This document shows, in pieces, positions 19,357 to 28,705 of a DNA stretch of 64,000 nt (position 1 is its first letter; each line of letters starts with the position of its first letter). The notes under the pieces are model-generated. The model was not told where the DNA came from and did not search any database. It was given only the letters and a program-made list of their open reading frames with translations. A program made the position numbers and the translations under genes. The stretch lies in assembly GCA_038134595.1 (NCBI GenBank), contig JAYPVM010000004.1, forward strand, positions 37,573 through 101,572, in the 5' to 3' direction. This DNA is from Pseudomonadota bacterium. Its GTDB lineage: Bacteria; Bdellovibrionota_C; UBA2361; OMII01.

Positions 19357-20385
19357 ATGGGTCAGGGAGCAACGCAACAAGTAGACTCTAGAGACCGTGG
19401 AACTGGAAGCCGTGGAACTGGAAGCCGTGAACAAAGAGATGACTCGGGCAGCCCGCCTTGTCTGAGCGAAGAGTCTATTCCTGGACTGCATAGGGTCTTG
19501 TTGTCAAAAGTGGAGGGAGTAGTTGAAATATCGCCTCGTGGTGTTATCTCTGATTTTGATGAAACGATAGCAAGAGGGACCGGGGTGTTTCATGACAGTC
19601 ATAAAGGTCGTTTTGCATGGGCTTTGACGAGGTCGCTGCTCGCCTCTCAATTTCAATCTCTCAGTCATGATTGTCATGTACAATACCTCTACACAGGCTC
19701 TATTTTTAACGCAACGGACTGGAGCCCATATGCCGAGGCTGCAGGCCAGAGTGAGGATGCCGTTATCCGACAGATAGCTAAAACTCATATTAAAGGGAGA
19801 GATAGCAAAACTGATGTTGAAGAGAGATATGTTGCAGAGCTCGTTGGCCGCTTGCAAGGAGAGTTGCAGATAATGTTGGAAGGCGACAGCATCGTAAGTC
19901 AGTTAGCCGAAGCAACAGATGTAACGCTCGATCAAGGTGTCGCCGCAATCTACAGGGCTTCCATAGAAAGAGGAGTTCCATTTATTATTTGTAGTGCTTC
20001 GAGCACACCAATAGTAAGGTTGCTGTGGCAGTTTCTGCACAGGGAAATTTCTGGTATTTCAGAGCCTCCAATTATGGGAAATGCAACTAAGAAACTAAAT
20101 GGAGGTTTTAGTGGCCAGGATGTACGGAAAGCTTGCCTGCAGGCTAGCATCGCTCCAGAACAAGCTATCATGTTGGGAGATAGTATTGGAGATGTTGGCG
20201 CGGCGTTTTTAGCAGGCATTCCCGATGTGTATATCCGATTGCCTCTTGCTGGCTTAGATGAAGAGAAGGTTAAAGCAGTTGAGTTCGCTTTTACCCAAGA
20301 GGTTCTTAATCTACCCCGGATTCATGAGGGGATCAGCGGCCGAGTCCATCTGATAGATGATTTCAAAAATCTTAGATTCGTATAA
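19357..20385 (+). CDS. HAD-superfamily hydrolase with a low-complexity N-terminus
   Basis: Motif I ISDFDET, motif II ICSAS, motif IV MLGDSIGDV..AFLAG. Confidence 0.7.
   Translation: MGQGATQQVDSRDRGTGSRGTGSREQRDDSGSPPCLSEESIPGLHRVLLSKVEGVVEISPRGVISDFDETIARGTGVFHDSHKGRFAWALTRSLLASQFQSLSHDCHVQYLYTGSIFNATDWSPYAEAAGQSEDAVIRQIAKTHIKGRDSKTDVEERYVAELVGRLQGELQIMLEGDSIVSQLAEATDVTLDQGVAAIYRASIERGVPFIICSASSTPIVRLLWQFLHREISGISEPPIMGNATKKLNGGFSGQDVRKACLQASIAPEQAIMLGDSIGDVGAAFLAGIPDVYIRLPLAGLDEEKVKAVEFAFTQEVLNLPRIHEGISGRVHLIDDFKNLRFV
19395..19430 (+). repeat. In-frame 15 bp tandem duplication (RGTGS x2)
   Basis: ccgtggaactggaag occurs twice, followed by a partial ccgtga. Confidence 0.8.
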
Positions 20386-20403
20386 ATTGCGGGAGATAAA
20401 TCA

Positions 20404-20916
20404 GTGAATTTGATGAGTGCGCACAATTACTATAAGGACATGCCGACTGACTTCCTCGAACGAGAGGATTATATTAACTTCTGCACTAAGGTTGGAGCAC
20501 AGGAGCCCCCAAGAGTTTCTAGCCCCTTGTTTGATCAGCTTATGAGACAAATAGAGTTTGATTCGCAGTCGAGTGTGATATCGACTCCTTGGGGAGGGGT
20601 TGTTATTGAGAGTCTCTCGAATAATGACACAGAAGTTAAGAAGAATTTGGTTGTGAAACAAGGAAAGTATTTAGCGTTTGAGAAACACTCTCAAAAGGTT
20701 GAAACACTTTCATGGAAAGAGGGGCTAGGAGTTCTGGTCTACCGCCCTAGAGAGGGGGGCGCTCTTAGAACGGCTGAAATCAAGGAGGGGTTTTCAATAA
20801 CCCTGGAGCCAGGTCAGGAGCACACCATCATTGCGCGTAGTAATTTGGTTGTGTGGGAGGAGTCCACAGACCCATTAGGAATGGATAACGACTTGATTTT
20901 TATCTATGAGCCGTAA
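20404..20916 (+). CDS. Cupin-domain protein (type II phosphomannose isomerase C-terminal-like)
   Basis: TPWGG...KKNLVVKQGKYLAFEKH.QKVET...LEPGQEHTI resembles the RPWG..VK.I.V.PG..LSLQ.H..R.E cupin pattern. Confidence 0.6.
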   Translation: MNLMSAHNYYKDMPTDFLEREDYINFCTKVGAQEPPRVSSPLFDQLMRQIEFDSQSSVISTPWGGVVIESLSNNDTEVKKNLVVKQGKYLAFEKHSQKVETLSWKEGLGVLVYRPREGGALRTAEIKEGFSITLEPGQEHTIIARSNLVVWEESTDPLGMDNDLIFIYEP

Positions 20917-20985
20917 TCGGGTCCAAGTATTCGTAGTTTTTCTATAGTTAGCAGGTCGCTTGCGTAGAGTTTTAAGTGAGCCGGC

Positions 20986-21726
20986 TTACAGCCGAGAGCC
21001 CGAGCCTGCTCCTGCTAGCGGATCCCAGTCGATTACCTGGATGTCCCGCTCCATTAGAGCTATGCGTACCTCTTTATTTTGCTCTGAGGGCGTTACCCAT
21101 ACCTGTTCAAGATTAGGTAGCGACAAAAGAGGGCTTATATCAAGCTCAAAATCAAATCCGAAATGACTCTGCCAGACCTGAACAATTCGCAATCTTTGGC
21201 ATGCTGTCAGGGGCTCAAGACTCCTGATGTTGCAGTACGAGAGGCGCGCTTCCTCTAGTTGAGAGAGATTCCCTACTGGCGAGGTGTCGTATAGCGGCGA
21301 TCCCTCAAGGTTTAATTCCTTAAGAGAAGATGCCTCCGAGAGCACATCAAACGATTTAATCTCTTTACAGGAGCGCAGGTGTAACTTTTCCAAATCCCCG
21401 CACTTAGAGAAGTCGGGGATTTCTTTAAATGCACCTCCCCATAAACAAAGAGCTTGGAGGCCAGATAAGTCGCTAAGGGCGGTAATATCGGGGTACCAAC
21501 TACCAGAAGACATAATGAACTCGTGTACGCGTCCATTGGAGTTAATCTTTGCATAACTTGTAAGGAGCATCTCCTGTGCGGGAAACGAAGCTTCAGGAAT
21601 AAAGGCTCTATTGTCCTCAATAAATCGGCGAAGCGTTAGGATGTCTTGTTTTATTACCGATACCCGATGCCCTGTCAGGTCTCCTTGTGACTGCTCAGTA
21701 CTATTTGAGAAGAAATGCTCTGCCAT
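20986..21726 (-). CDS. Leucine-rich repeat protein
   Basis: About 6 LRRs of ~22 aa (LQALCL, LEKLHLRSC, LKELNLEGS, LEEARLSYCNI, LRIVQV, LEQVWV). Confidence 0.8.
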   Translation of the reverse strand: MAEHFFSNSTEQSQGDLTGHRVSVIKQDILTLRRFIEDNRAFIPEASFPAQEMLLTSYAKINSNGRVHEFIMSSGSWYPDITALSDLSGLQALCLWGGAFKEIPDFSKCGDLEKLHLRSCKEIKSFDVLSEASSLKELNLEGSPLYDTSPVGNLSQLEEARLSYCNIRSLEPLTACQRLRIVQVWQSHFGFDFELDISPLLSLPNLEQVWVTPSEQNKEVRIALMERDIQVIDWDPLAGAGSGSRL

Positions 21727-22021
21727 TCTTTCAATTCTAACACATTGCAAAAAGCAATTCATGCACCGTTTTGGTTGGTAAAAAGCTAGTTTCTGTCTAT
21801 AAAGTTCCGTAACATACGGAATTCAGGCGAGGATAGTGATTTATTGCGGGGCTGTCTCCAAGAGTTGATCGACGATATGCCTGCTCTGGAGGTTCCAGAC
21901 TCAGTTTTGTCAAAATCTTCCTCTTAGATCAAAGCGTGTTGCGAGCCGGTGTTCGGTTTGAGTTTGATTAGATGCTTTGGAAGAATCTATATGCGCAGTC
22001 CCTCGGTGGCAGGCGCCCTTT

Positions 22022-23062
22022 TTAGAGCTTTTCTTTGACCCTCGATGAGATCAGATAGCACTCCCCCCCTTCGATAGTAACGATAGATTTACCTACCCGT
22101 GTGTCTGTCCTCTCTGCAATTAAAAATTGTGATACTTCGACAGTTGTTGTTTGAGACACGCTCCGAAGGGGCTCTTCTATCGACCCAAGATCGATTTGGC
22201 TCTGTACTGCCATTTGTATGGGAAGAGCGTGTATCGGTTTAAACGGTGCGTCGGTGGAACCTTGTAACTCGATAGAGCTTTCTATGAGCGTTGTGCCGGT
22301 TTTGGTGTGAGACCATGTTGGAGGGAGATCTATGTTCTTGGATGCTTGGATACTGGTCATGATTTTGTGGGCCGAATGATCCTCTACAGATAGAATCCCG
22401 TCTGCTTTCGCATTTACAAGTGCTCTAAAATCCGTTGGCTCGTAGGGAGATAGAAGAAGCTTGTCTCTATGAGCATACTGTCGAGGACAAAGCACCACCC
22501 CTTGAACGCCGCAATCTCTTGTCGGAGGCACAAAAGCTAGCATATCGGAGCTAAGGGTTCCTTCGAGCCTTATTGGCTGGATCGCATCACGAGAAAACGG
22601 TACAAGGAACCCGGTTGCATCGCTTTTAAACCGTGGGCTGCTGTGTCTGAGGAACACTTGTTGTGGTGAGAAGTTGATGTGGACAGAATATGAATTTATA
22701 TGAGTCTTATCAGGATCTCCCTTATAAGAGAAACGAAGTTCAACCGCGAAGTCTGATTTAGTCACCGTTACTGCCTTAGCAAGCGACTGATTGGGAACAT
22801 CTCCTTTAGATATTTCAACGGGACACAGCTGCTCTAAAACTGCCTTTGTATCTATCGGAGAGATGTTTTCTTCAAAGGTTTGCATTAACAAACTGCGCCG
22901 CTTTTGATCGAGTGGAGACGCTACCAGAAGTGACGATGACGGGTATTGTGATGCGGGTGTATGTAATGCCGTTAATGAAGGATGAGGCTGTGCCCAACTA
23001 TTGTGAGGTGGTGTTAAAAGACTTATCAGATATAGTAGAATTAGATATCTCATCGCGCGCAT
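22022..23062 (-). CDS. Hypothetical exported protein
   Basis: N-terminal signal peptide (..SWA|Q); start overlaps the stop of the upstream nucleotidyltransferase (TAATG). Confidence 0.65.
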   Translation of the reverse strand: MRAMRYLILLYLISLLTPPHNSWAQPHPSLTALHTPASQYPSSSLLVASPLDQKRRSLLMQTFEENISPIDTKAVLEQLCPVEISKGDVPNQSLAKAVTVTKSDFAVELRFSYKGDPDKTHINSYSVHINFSPQQVFLRHSSPRFKSDATGFLVPFSRDAIQPIRLEGTLSSDMLAFVPPTRDCGVQGVVLCPRQYAHRDKLLLSPYEPTDFRALVNAKADGILSVEDHSAHKIMTSIQASKNIDLPPTWSHTKTGTTLIESSIELQGSTDAPFKPIHALPIQMAVQSQIDLGSIEEPLRSVSQTTTVEVSQFLIAERTDTRVGKSIVTIEGGECYLISSRVKEKL

Positions 23063-23778
23063 TACTCCGAATCTCGTAGTTGTGTCTGTAATGTCAGAAG
23101 TTTTTCTGGAGTTCCAATATCAGTCCAGGTTGTGGCATCAATCTCAGAGACATAGACGTTATTAGTATTTCGAGCTGCTAACAAAAACGCCTCCATGATA
23201 GAAAAGCTTGCTTGATCAGGCATGTATTGAAAGATGCTAGGCGAGCAGATGCTTATGCCGCTAAACGCTAGTCGTCGTTCGGTTGCTTTAGGGGTGTGTG
23301 GTGGTTGCTCTCCCGTCCATCCTGTCACCCTACTGTTGGCATCGACAAACACTCCTCGACTTGAGGACCGAGTCATACACACAAGTGTTGCAGAAGCTTG
23401 CTGTTTGAGATGCGCTTGATACGTAACGCCGATATCTGACGTGCAGTAAATATCGGCGTTATGAACGATAAAGGCCGACTCATTTTCAAAATGTCTTGCC
23501 ACATTTTTGAGACCGCCACCGGTATCGAGTAGTGATGTCTCGTGCGAGAGATGAACTGTGATGCCATATTGCTCCTGCTGACTTATATGCGCCTCGAGTT
23601 GTTCAGCCATGTGGTGTGTGTTAACGACGAGCTCCGATGCGCCTAGTTTTACCAGTTTTTTGGCCACATGATCGAGGATGGTCTCACCGTTTCCAAGCGG
23701 CATGAGGCATTTGGGCGTAGATTGTGTGAGGGCGCCTAAGCGGGAACCTATGCCCGCTGCCAGAATCATTGCTTTCAT
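23062..23778 (-). CDS. murU: Nucleotidyltransferase, MurU-like (MurNAc-alpha-1-phosphate uridylyltransferase)
   Basis: MKAMILAAGIGSRL..LT..TPKCL, VVNTHH, LLDTGGGL, HNADI, FSGI, WTDIGTPE; single domain of ~240 aa. Confidence 0.7.
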   Translation of the reverse strand: MKAMILAAGIGSRLGALTQSTPKCLMPLGNGETILDHVAKKLVKLGASELVVNTHHMAEQLEAHISQQEQYGITVHLSHETSLLDTGGGLKNVARHFENESAFIVHNADIYCTSDIGVTYQAHLKQQASATLVCMTRSSSRGVFVDANSRVTGWTGEQPPHTPKATERRLAFSGISICSPSIFQYMPDQASFSIMEAFLLAARNTNNVYVSEIDATTWTDIGTPEKLLTLQTQLRDSE

Positions 23779-23917
23779 GTCGGATAGCATACGGCATGAT
23801 GTGGTGGTTGAGAAGAGTATGATGTTTTTCTCACCTTAAAAATTTAAGGTGTGTTAGAAGCATTAGTGTATTGTTACGAAACAAGCTGGGATACTTTTTC
23901 CGCACAAGGAGCATATC

Positions 23918-24853
23918 ATGAAAGATGTATTGTCGTGGTCTAGCTGGGCCTCTCCTCAGATTTACGAGCTCTTGGAGTTTGCAGCACACGTTAAAGATAA
24001 TCGATCGCACTTTAACGGCGCTATGGTTGGCAGAAGTATAGCGCTGCTCTTTCAAAAAACATCGACCCGCACACGGGTGTCATTTGAAGCTGCTATGACC
24101 GAAATGGGCGGACATGCGATTGCTATTGATTGGCGGTCATCTAATTTCGATCTTACAGATATCTCGTTTGAGAGCAGGTATCTATCGAGAAATGTCGCGC
24201 TTATTATGGCTCGAGTAAAGAGGCACGAAGATCTGCTAAAGATAGCTGATGGCTCAGAAGTTCCAGTTGTAAACGGGTGCTGTAATCAGTTTCACCCCTG
24301 CCAGAGTCTAGCTGATATGTTGACGATATATCGGCATTCAGGATCACTAAAGGGGATTACACTCTGCTATGTCGGTGTGCATAACAATGTAACGAACTCT
24401 CTTATTGAGATTACGGCGGCTCTTGGTGTTCATTTAGTGTTGGTGACGCCTTTAGTGAGGGATGATGCCTATGTAGAAAGTGTTGTAAACAAAGGAGTCG
24501 CTGCAAAGACCTTGACGTGGGAGAAGGATGTGCGGCATGCAGTACGGCATGCTGATTACGTGTACACTGATACGTGGGTCGATATGGAGCTTTTCGATGA
24601 TCCAGCCTATGCTGAGGAGAAAGAGGAGCGAATAGAGTTGATGCGACCGTATCAATTAAATCGTGATTTGTTGGAGGGCTCTAGCGCGAAGGTAATGCAC
24701 GACATGCCGATACATGCGGGATATGAGATCTCAAAGGAACTAGTCCTAGACCCACGCTCGATTATTTTTGATCAAGCTGAGAATCGACTTGATGCACAGA
24801 AGGCACTCATTTTAAGGCTTTTAGATGGTAGCTTTGAAAGATTAATTTCCTAG
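23918..24853 (+). CDS. argF: Ornithine carbamoyltransferase (HDMP variant)
   Basis: STRTRVSFE, HPCQ, YTDTW, QAENRL; the HCLP motif reads HDMP. Confidence 0.85.
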   Translation: MKDVLSWSSWASPQIYELLEFAAHVKDNRSHFNGAMVGRSIALLFQKTSTRTRVSFEAAMTEMGGHAIAIDWRSSNFDLTDISFESRYLSRNVALIMARVKRHEDLLKIADGSEVPVVNGCCNQFHPCQSLADMLTIYRHSGSLKGITLCYVGVHNNVTNSLIEITAALGVHLVLVTPLVRDDAYVESVVNKGVAAKTLTWEKDVRHAVRHADYVYTDTWVDMELFDDPAYAEEKEERIELMRPYQLNRDLLEGSSAKVMHDMPIHAGYEISKELVLDPRSIIFDQAENRLDAQKALILRLLDGSFERLIS

Positions 24854-24858
24854 CCGTA

Positions 24859-26613
24859 TTAAGCCGATGGAGAGATTCCTGCTCTATCGAGGTCAATGAG
24901 GATGAGATTTCCGAAATGAAAGACTAATCCTTTTTCTACCAATGTTCGTAAGAAGAGTGTATCGGTGTCCATGTTTTTTCGGGCGGAGCGAATCTCTTCT
25001 CGAAACGGAGAGAAATAACTTGGTGTTTTAGAGAGGTGGCGCTTGTCGATGAGAACGTGGGTGACGCGATACTTGGAACGAAGGTGTTGAAATGGCTTTT
25101 CGTCAACGGCGCTAAAAGCTTCAATGATTGCTCTTGTACGTTTTCTCATCTCTTCGAGGTAGTCTCGGTGAAAGATTTGATGTCCTTCCTCATAAACGAG
25201 AACGCTGCGAGCTGAGAATAGGGGGATCATATTCGCTATTCCACGGGGCCATGCGGCGATGACACTGTCTTTGGGAAGAGAGCGAATAAAAGAAAAAAGT
25301 GGAAGGCTCCCAGAGGCGCTGGGAACGGGTTGGGCCGGAAGATTTGTCCAGCCGAGAAAGGCCACTAATAGTGCGCATGTGAGAGCGCCGATGGTTTTTC
25401 GGGCGAATGGAAGAAACGTACGGCTTAAGGCCATTGCGCCATGAAACCATACTGCTGGGAAAACAATTGGAATAAGAGCGGTGATACCGATTGTCGTATA
25501 GCGCGATGGTATATAGATAAGCGGAAATGTGATTGTCGCTATCCCGTATGTCGCCCCTACTGCAAGTATAAATAACAAAAGCCTTGCTGTCGGTTGCGAA
25601 AGTGCTCCTTGGTTATATCGAAGGGCAAGAAGACCGAGGATAGCGGTTAGTAGCAAGATAGTTATTCGTTGTTGTTTGGGCGAGAGTCCTAAGTATGCAC
25701 CAAGGGTTTGTTTTTCTTCGACGCCTTTTTGGCGGTTACCCGATATTCGTTCGGCTAAGATGTTGGCAGTCGTGACTTTTAATACATCTTGGAAGAATCC
25801 TGTCGGTACTCCTCTATCTCCTTGGGTATAACGGCCGTTACCACCCCATTCTGCGTATTCTGTTTCGGCTGACAGTGAGAGGCGCTCTCCGTACTGCATA
25901 CCCCCTCGTAGTTGAGGGACTGCCATGAGAGCGCATATGATTCCCGTGGCTCCTAAGAGAAAAATGCGCTTAACCGGAGACCATGAAGAGGCCTCTCCTC
26001 GATACTGCTTTGGGCACACAACTAAAAGAAGCGAAAGTACTGCATACAACAGAATAGATGCTGCAGGATAAAGAGGCATTGCTATTACTGCAAGAGAGGC
26101 GAGTCCGATTGCATTGCCTTGCACCGTGAAGAGTAGCCCCGCAGAAGTCAGACAGAATCCAAAGCCCCGCTGAATACCACCTAAAAAATAGAAATTCTTC
26201 AAGACACCACCAAAAGCTAAGAAGAGGGTGGTGGATGCAACCACTTTGCCCGCGAGTCGATAAGCGGTAAGGGTACTCAAGTAGATAAAAGCCACACTCA
26301 TTGTGAGCGTCACGAATTTGGATGCATGGGGCGGGTACGTGACGAGCATTAAAACTCCGTAAAACCAACGGAATAAAAAGGGAAGAATTGCGGTTTCGTA
26401 GTAGCTGATGATGTAATCATTGACGAGAAGCGTTTTGTCGTACGAATTCCAAAACGGGGCTATGTGCTGGAGTGCATCGCCGTTAAAGGAATATGGATCG
26501 AAGAGGCTTGTGAGGCGTACCACTAAAGGTTTCCAGTACATTAACACCACTATTAACAACACGCAGACAGGAGGAAGGAGCTTTGAGAACTGGGGATGCA
26601 ATTTGCGAAGCAC
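24859..26613 (-). CDS. Polytopic membrane protein, possible GT-C-type glycosyltransferase
   Basis: About 11-12 TM segments, acidic residues in the loop after TM1, PSRY motif, C-terminal soluble domain (FIRSLPKDSVIA, YRVTHVLID). Confidence 0.55.
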   Translation of the reverse strand: MLRKLHPQFSKLLPPVCVLLIVVLMYWKPLVVRLTSLFDPYSFNGDALQHIAPFWNSYDKTLLVNDYIISYYETAILPFLFRWFYGVLMLVTYPPHASKFVTLTMSVAFIYLSTLTAYRLAGKVVASTTLFLAFGGVLKNFYFLGGIQRGFGFCLTSAGLLFTVQGNAIGLASLAVIAMPLYPAASILLYAVLSLLLVVCPKQYRGEASSWSPVKRIFLLGATGIICALMAVPQLRGGMQYGERLSLSAETEYAEWGGNGRYTQGDRGVPTGFFQDVLKVTTANILAERISGNRQKGVEEKQTLGAYLGLSPKQQRITILLLTAILGLLALRYNQGALSQPTARLLLFILAVGATYGIATITFPLIYIPSRYTTIGITALIPIVFPAVWFHGAMALSRTFLPFARKTIGALTCALLVAFLGWTNLPAQPVPSASGSLPLFSFIRSLPKDSVIAAWPRGIANMIPLFSARSVLVYEEGHQIFHRDYLEEMRKRTRAIIEAFSAVDEKPFQHLRSKYRVTHVLIDKRHLSKTPSYFSPFREEIRSARKNMDTDTLFLRTLVEKGLVFHFGNLILIDLDRAGISPSA

Positions 26614-26882
26614 GGCGTATCCTTGCGATCAGTGTCATACCAGAACGACCGCTTGTTTTGGTAGGTTAGATGCTGTTTTGACGAGTTCTGAGCATCTCCC
26701 GAAGTCATGTGTGGGTCAAGGTCTGAGGCGGGTTTTTACTGCAAAAATCAACACTTAACCCCTTCTACAGGTGGAGTTTCTTGGTATGTCAGCAGATGTT
26801 TTACAAATTAAATTATTCAAAAATATTGAAGCAGACAACGCCTTTAATAAGATGGGTGGGGAGAGGGAAGAGCCGGCTTGAT

Positions 26883-27392
26883 ATGAATAAAGACAAACGT
26901 TTCAGCGCCAAGGGTGTAAAGATACTATTGACGATGGTTCTTGGTGCCTTATCGTTCTTAGACGTAACACATGCGCAAGAACGGGAAACTCAGGATCTTG
27001 GGGAGGTTTTGGCCCTCTCTGAGTGTCGGCTCTATGCTCCCAGAATTGACGATGTTATCTGCACTGTAGCTGTAGTTCCACTTGAAATTAGAGCTGTAGT
27101 TGTTTCGAGGCGACCTGTATCGCAACTTCGAAGAAATGGTAAGCGGATTCGGCGGCGAATTAGACGACGTGTTTTCTCAGATGCTGATGGTCATCTAACA
27201 TCCCTTCGCAGAAACCTCCCGGCAGGCTCATACCGCATACGCCTTGTTTCGGTTCGGACAGCTCAAGTAAGCTTTTCAATACAAAACCTCATCGTTGCAC
27301 CACGGATTCTTAAAGTCGGGAAAGCTGAGCCGCAATTTTTAGCCATACAGCATAAGGACTGGGATGAAGCGCCGATAGTCGTTGATTACTAG
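26883..27392 (+). CDS. Hypothetical exported protein with an Arg-rich segment
   Basis: Signal peptide ending THA|QE; RRNGKRIRRRIRRR. Confidence 0.55.
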   Translation: MNKDKRFSAKGVKILLTMVLGALSFLDVTHAQERETQDLGEVLALSECRLYAPRIDDVICTVAVVPLEIRAVVVSRRPVSQLRRNGKRIRRRIRRRVFSDADGHLTSLRRNLPAGSYRIRLVSVRTAQVSFSIQNLIVAPRILKVGKAEPQFLAIQHKDWDEAPIVVDY

Positions 27393-27528
27393 GTTTTCTA
27401 AGTTTTTCACAAACGTATACTTTTGATTCCACAAAATCATTCAAACCACTTCTAGGTTGGACGCAACTGTTTTGAGTGCTATTCTCTCGGTTGTCTAAAA
27501 GAGTTTTCCAAGTATTCCGAGAGTTTTC

Positions 27529-28374
27529 ATGCCTTCTACCGTCCAAGATATAGTTTGTTATTTGTTGCCATTTATTGCAAAAGCTGGAGATTATAGTCTT
27601 CGTATTCAGCGTAATGTCGGCACGCACGATGCAAAGGATGGAGCGACAGCGTTTCATCATGCACTCTCTGATGCAGACCTTACTATTCAGAGTTACATTG
27701 AGGTAGCGCTTCTAGCCAAATTTCCAGAGGTAAGTTTCTTCTGTGAGGAACGAGCACAGTCGCTCAATGCGAAGTATTTCGTTGCCGATGCTCGATTAGA
27801 GGTTCTTCTTGATCCGATTGACGGCACCCGCTCGTACATAGATGGAAGGGCGCAATATCAAATAATCTGTGTTGTGCACGATGAAACAGAGATCGTTGGA
27901 GCCGTGTGTTTTATGCCCCGCAGAGACATGTGTTACGTCGCCACAAAGGGGCGGGGGGCGTATCTTTTGTCTCATAACGACGTTCGTGAGGGTAGAATGG
28001 GAGTAAAGATTTCGGCTGATCGCCTCGCGATAGATGCCCCAGTTCTTATGTTCAATCGGTCTGATCTTAGAGAGCGACTCGATTCGCATGTGGATGTAAG
28101 AGATCTGGTAGATGAATATGAGAAAGGTGAGCATGAAGGTTTCACATCCACTGACCTTATTGATGGAAGAGCCGCAGGCGTTATTATGTCTCCCTGTCAA
28201 GCGATAGACGGCGGTGCCCTTGCGTTTATAGCGAAAGAGATGGGAGCGATCGTTACCGATTTTGAAGGCAAACCGGTTGGCTCATACCGAGAGTCTCCTG
28301 ATAGAGTTGCAACCGGAGTAGTAGTGGCGACTACAGAGGAGCTGCATGCGAAATTGCTCTCGGTTTTGCGGTAG
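27529..28374 (+). CDS. Inositol monophosphatase/FIG-family phosphatase
   Basis: SDAD, CEE, LDPIDGT, D-GGA....EMGAIVTD. Confidence 0.85.
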   Translation: MPSTVQDIVCYLLPFIAKAGDYSLRIQRNVGTHDAKDGATAFHHALSDADLTIQSYIEVALLAKFPEVSFFCEERAQSLNAKYFVADARLEVLLDPIDGTRSYIDGRAQYQIICVVHDETEIVGAVCFMPRRDMCYVATKGRGAYLLSHNDVREGRMGVKISADRLAIDAPVLMFNRSDLRERLDSHVDVRDLVDEYEKGEHEGFTSTDLIDGRAAGVIMSPCQAIDGGALAFIAKEMGAIVTDFEGKPVGSYRESPDRVATGVVVATTEELHAKLLSVLR

Positions 28375-28705
28375 AGTGGGCTGAGCGGGGACTGCACCGT
28401 ACTGATCAAAGTAAAACCGTAGGACAAAGCAATATCGCAGGCGCTATGTTGTATGTGCAGCTTTGGTTTGCTCGTCTAGTCGAACTCGATGATTTGAGTC
28501 CTCTCAGTGGTAGACAGGCCAAATTACTTCCTACCCTTAAGCCGATGCTAGAACATTTTGAGAGCCAAAAAAGCGGAATCCTGTGACGTGCTGATAACGG
28601 CGAAAGATGTCAAATGGTGTGGATAGCTAGGTGTCAGTATTCCTTCACAGGCGTTTCTTGTTCTGCCTCTTTCAGTATTCTGACCGCCTGTGCTTCGCTA
28701 CTCAC

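Noticed and set aside
19395..19430. CRISPR-like repeat
   Set aside because: Only two adjacent 15 bp copies with no spacers, in frame within a CDS, and no cas genes
28470..28530. tRNA-like words (ctcagtggtaga, gtcgaactc)
   Set aside because: The D-loop-like and T-loop-like words lie on opposite strands and no cloverleaf forms
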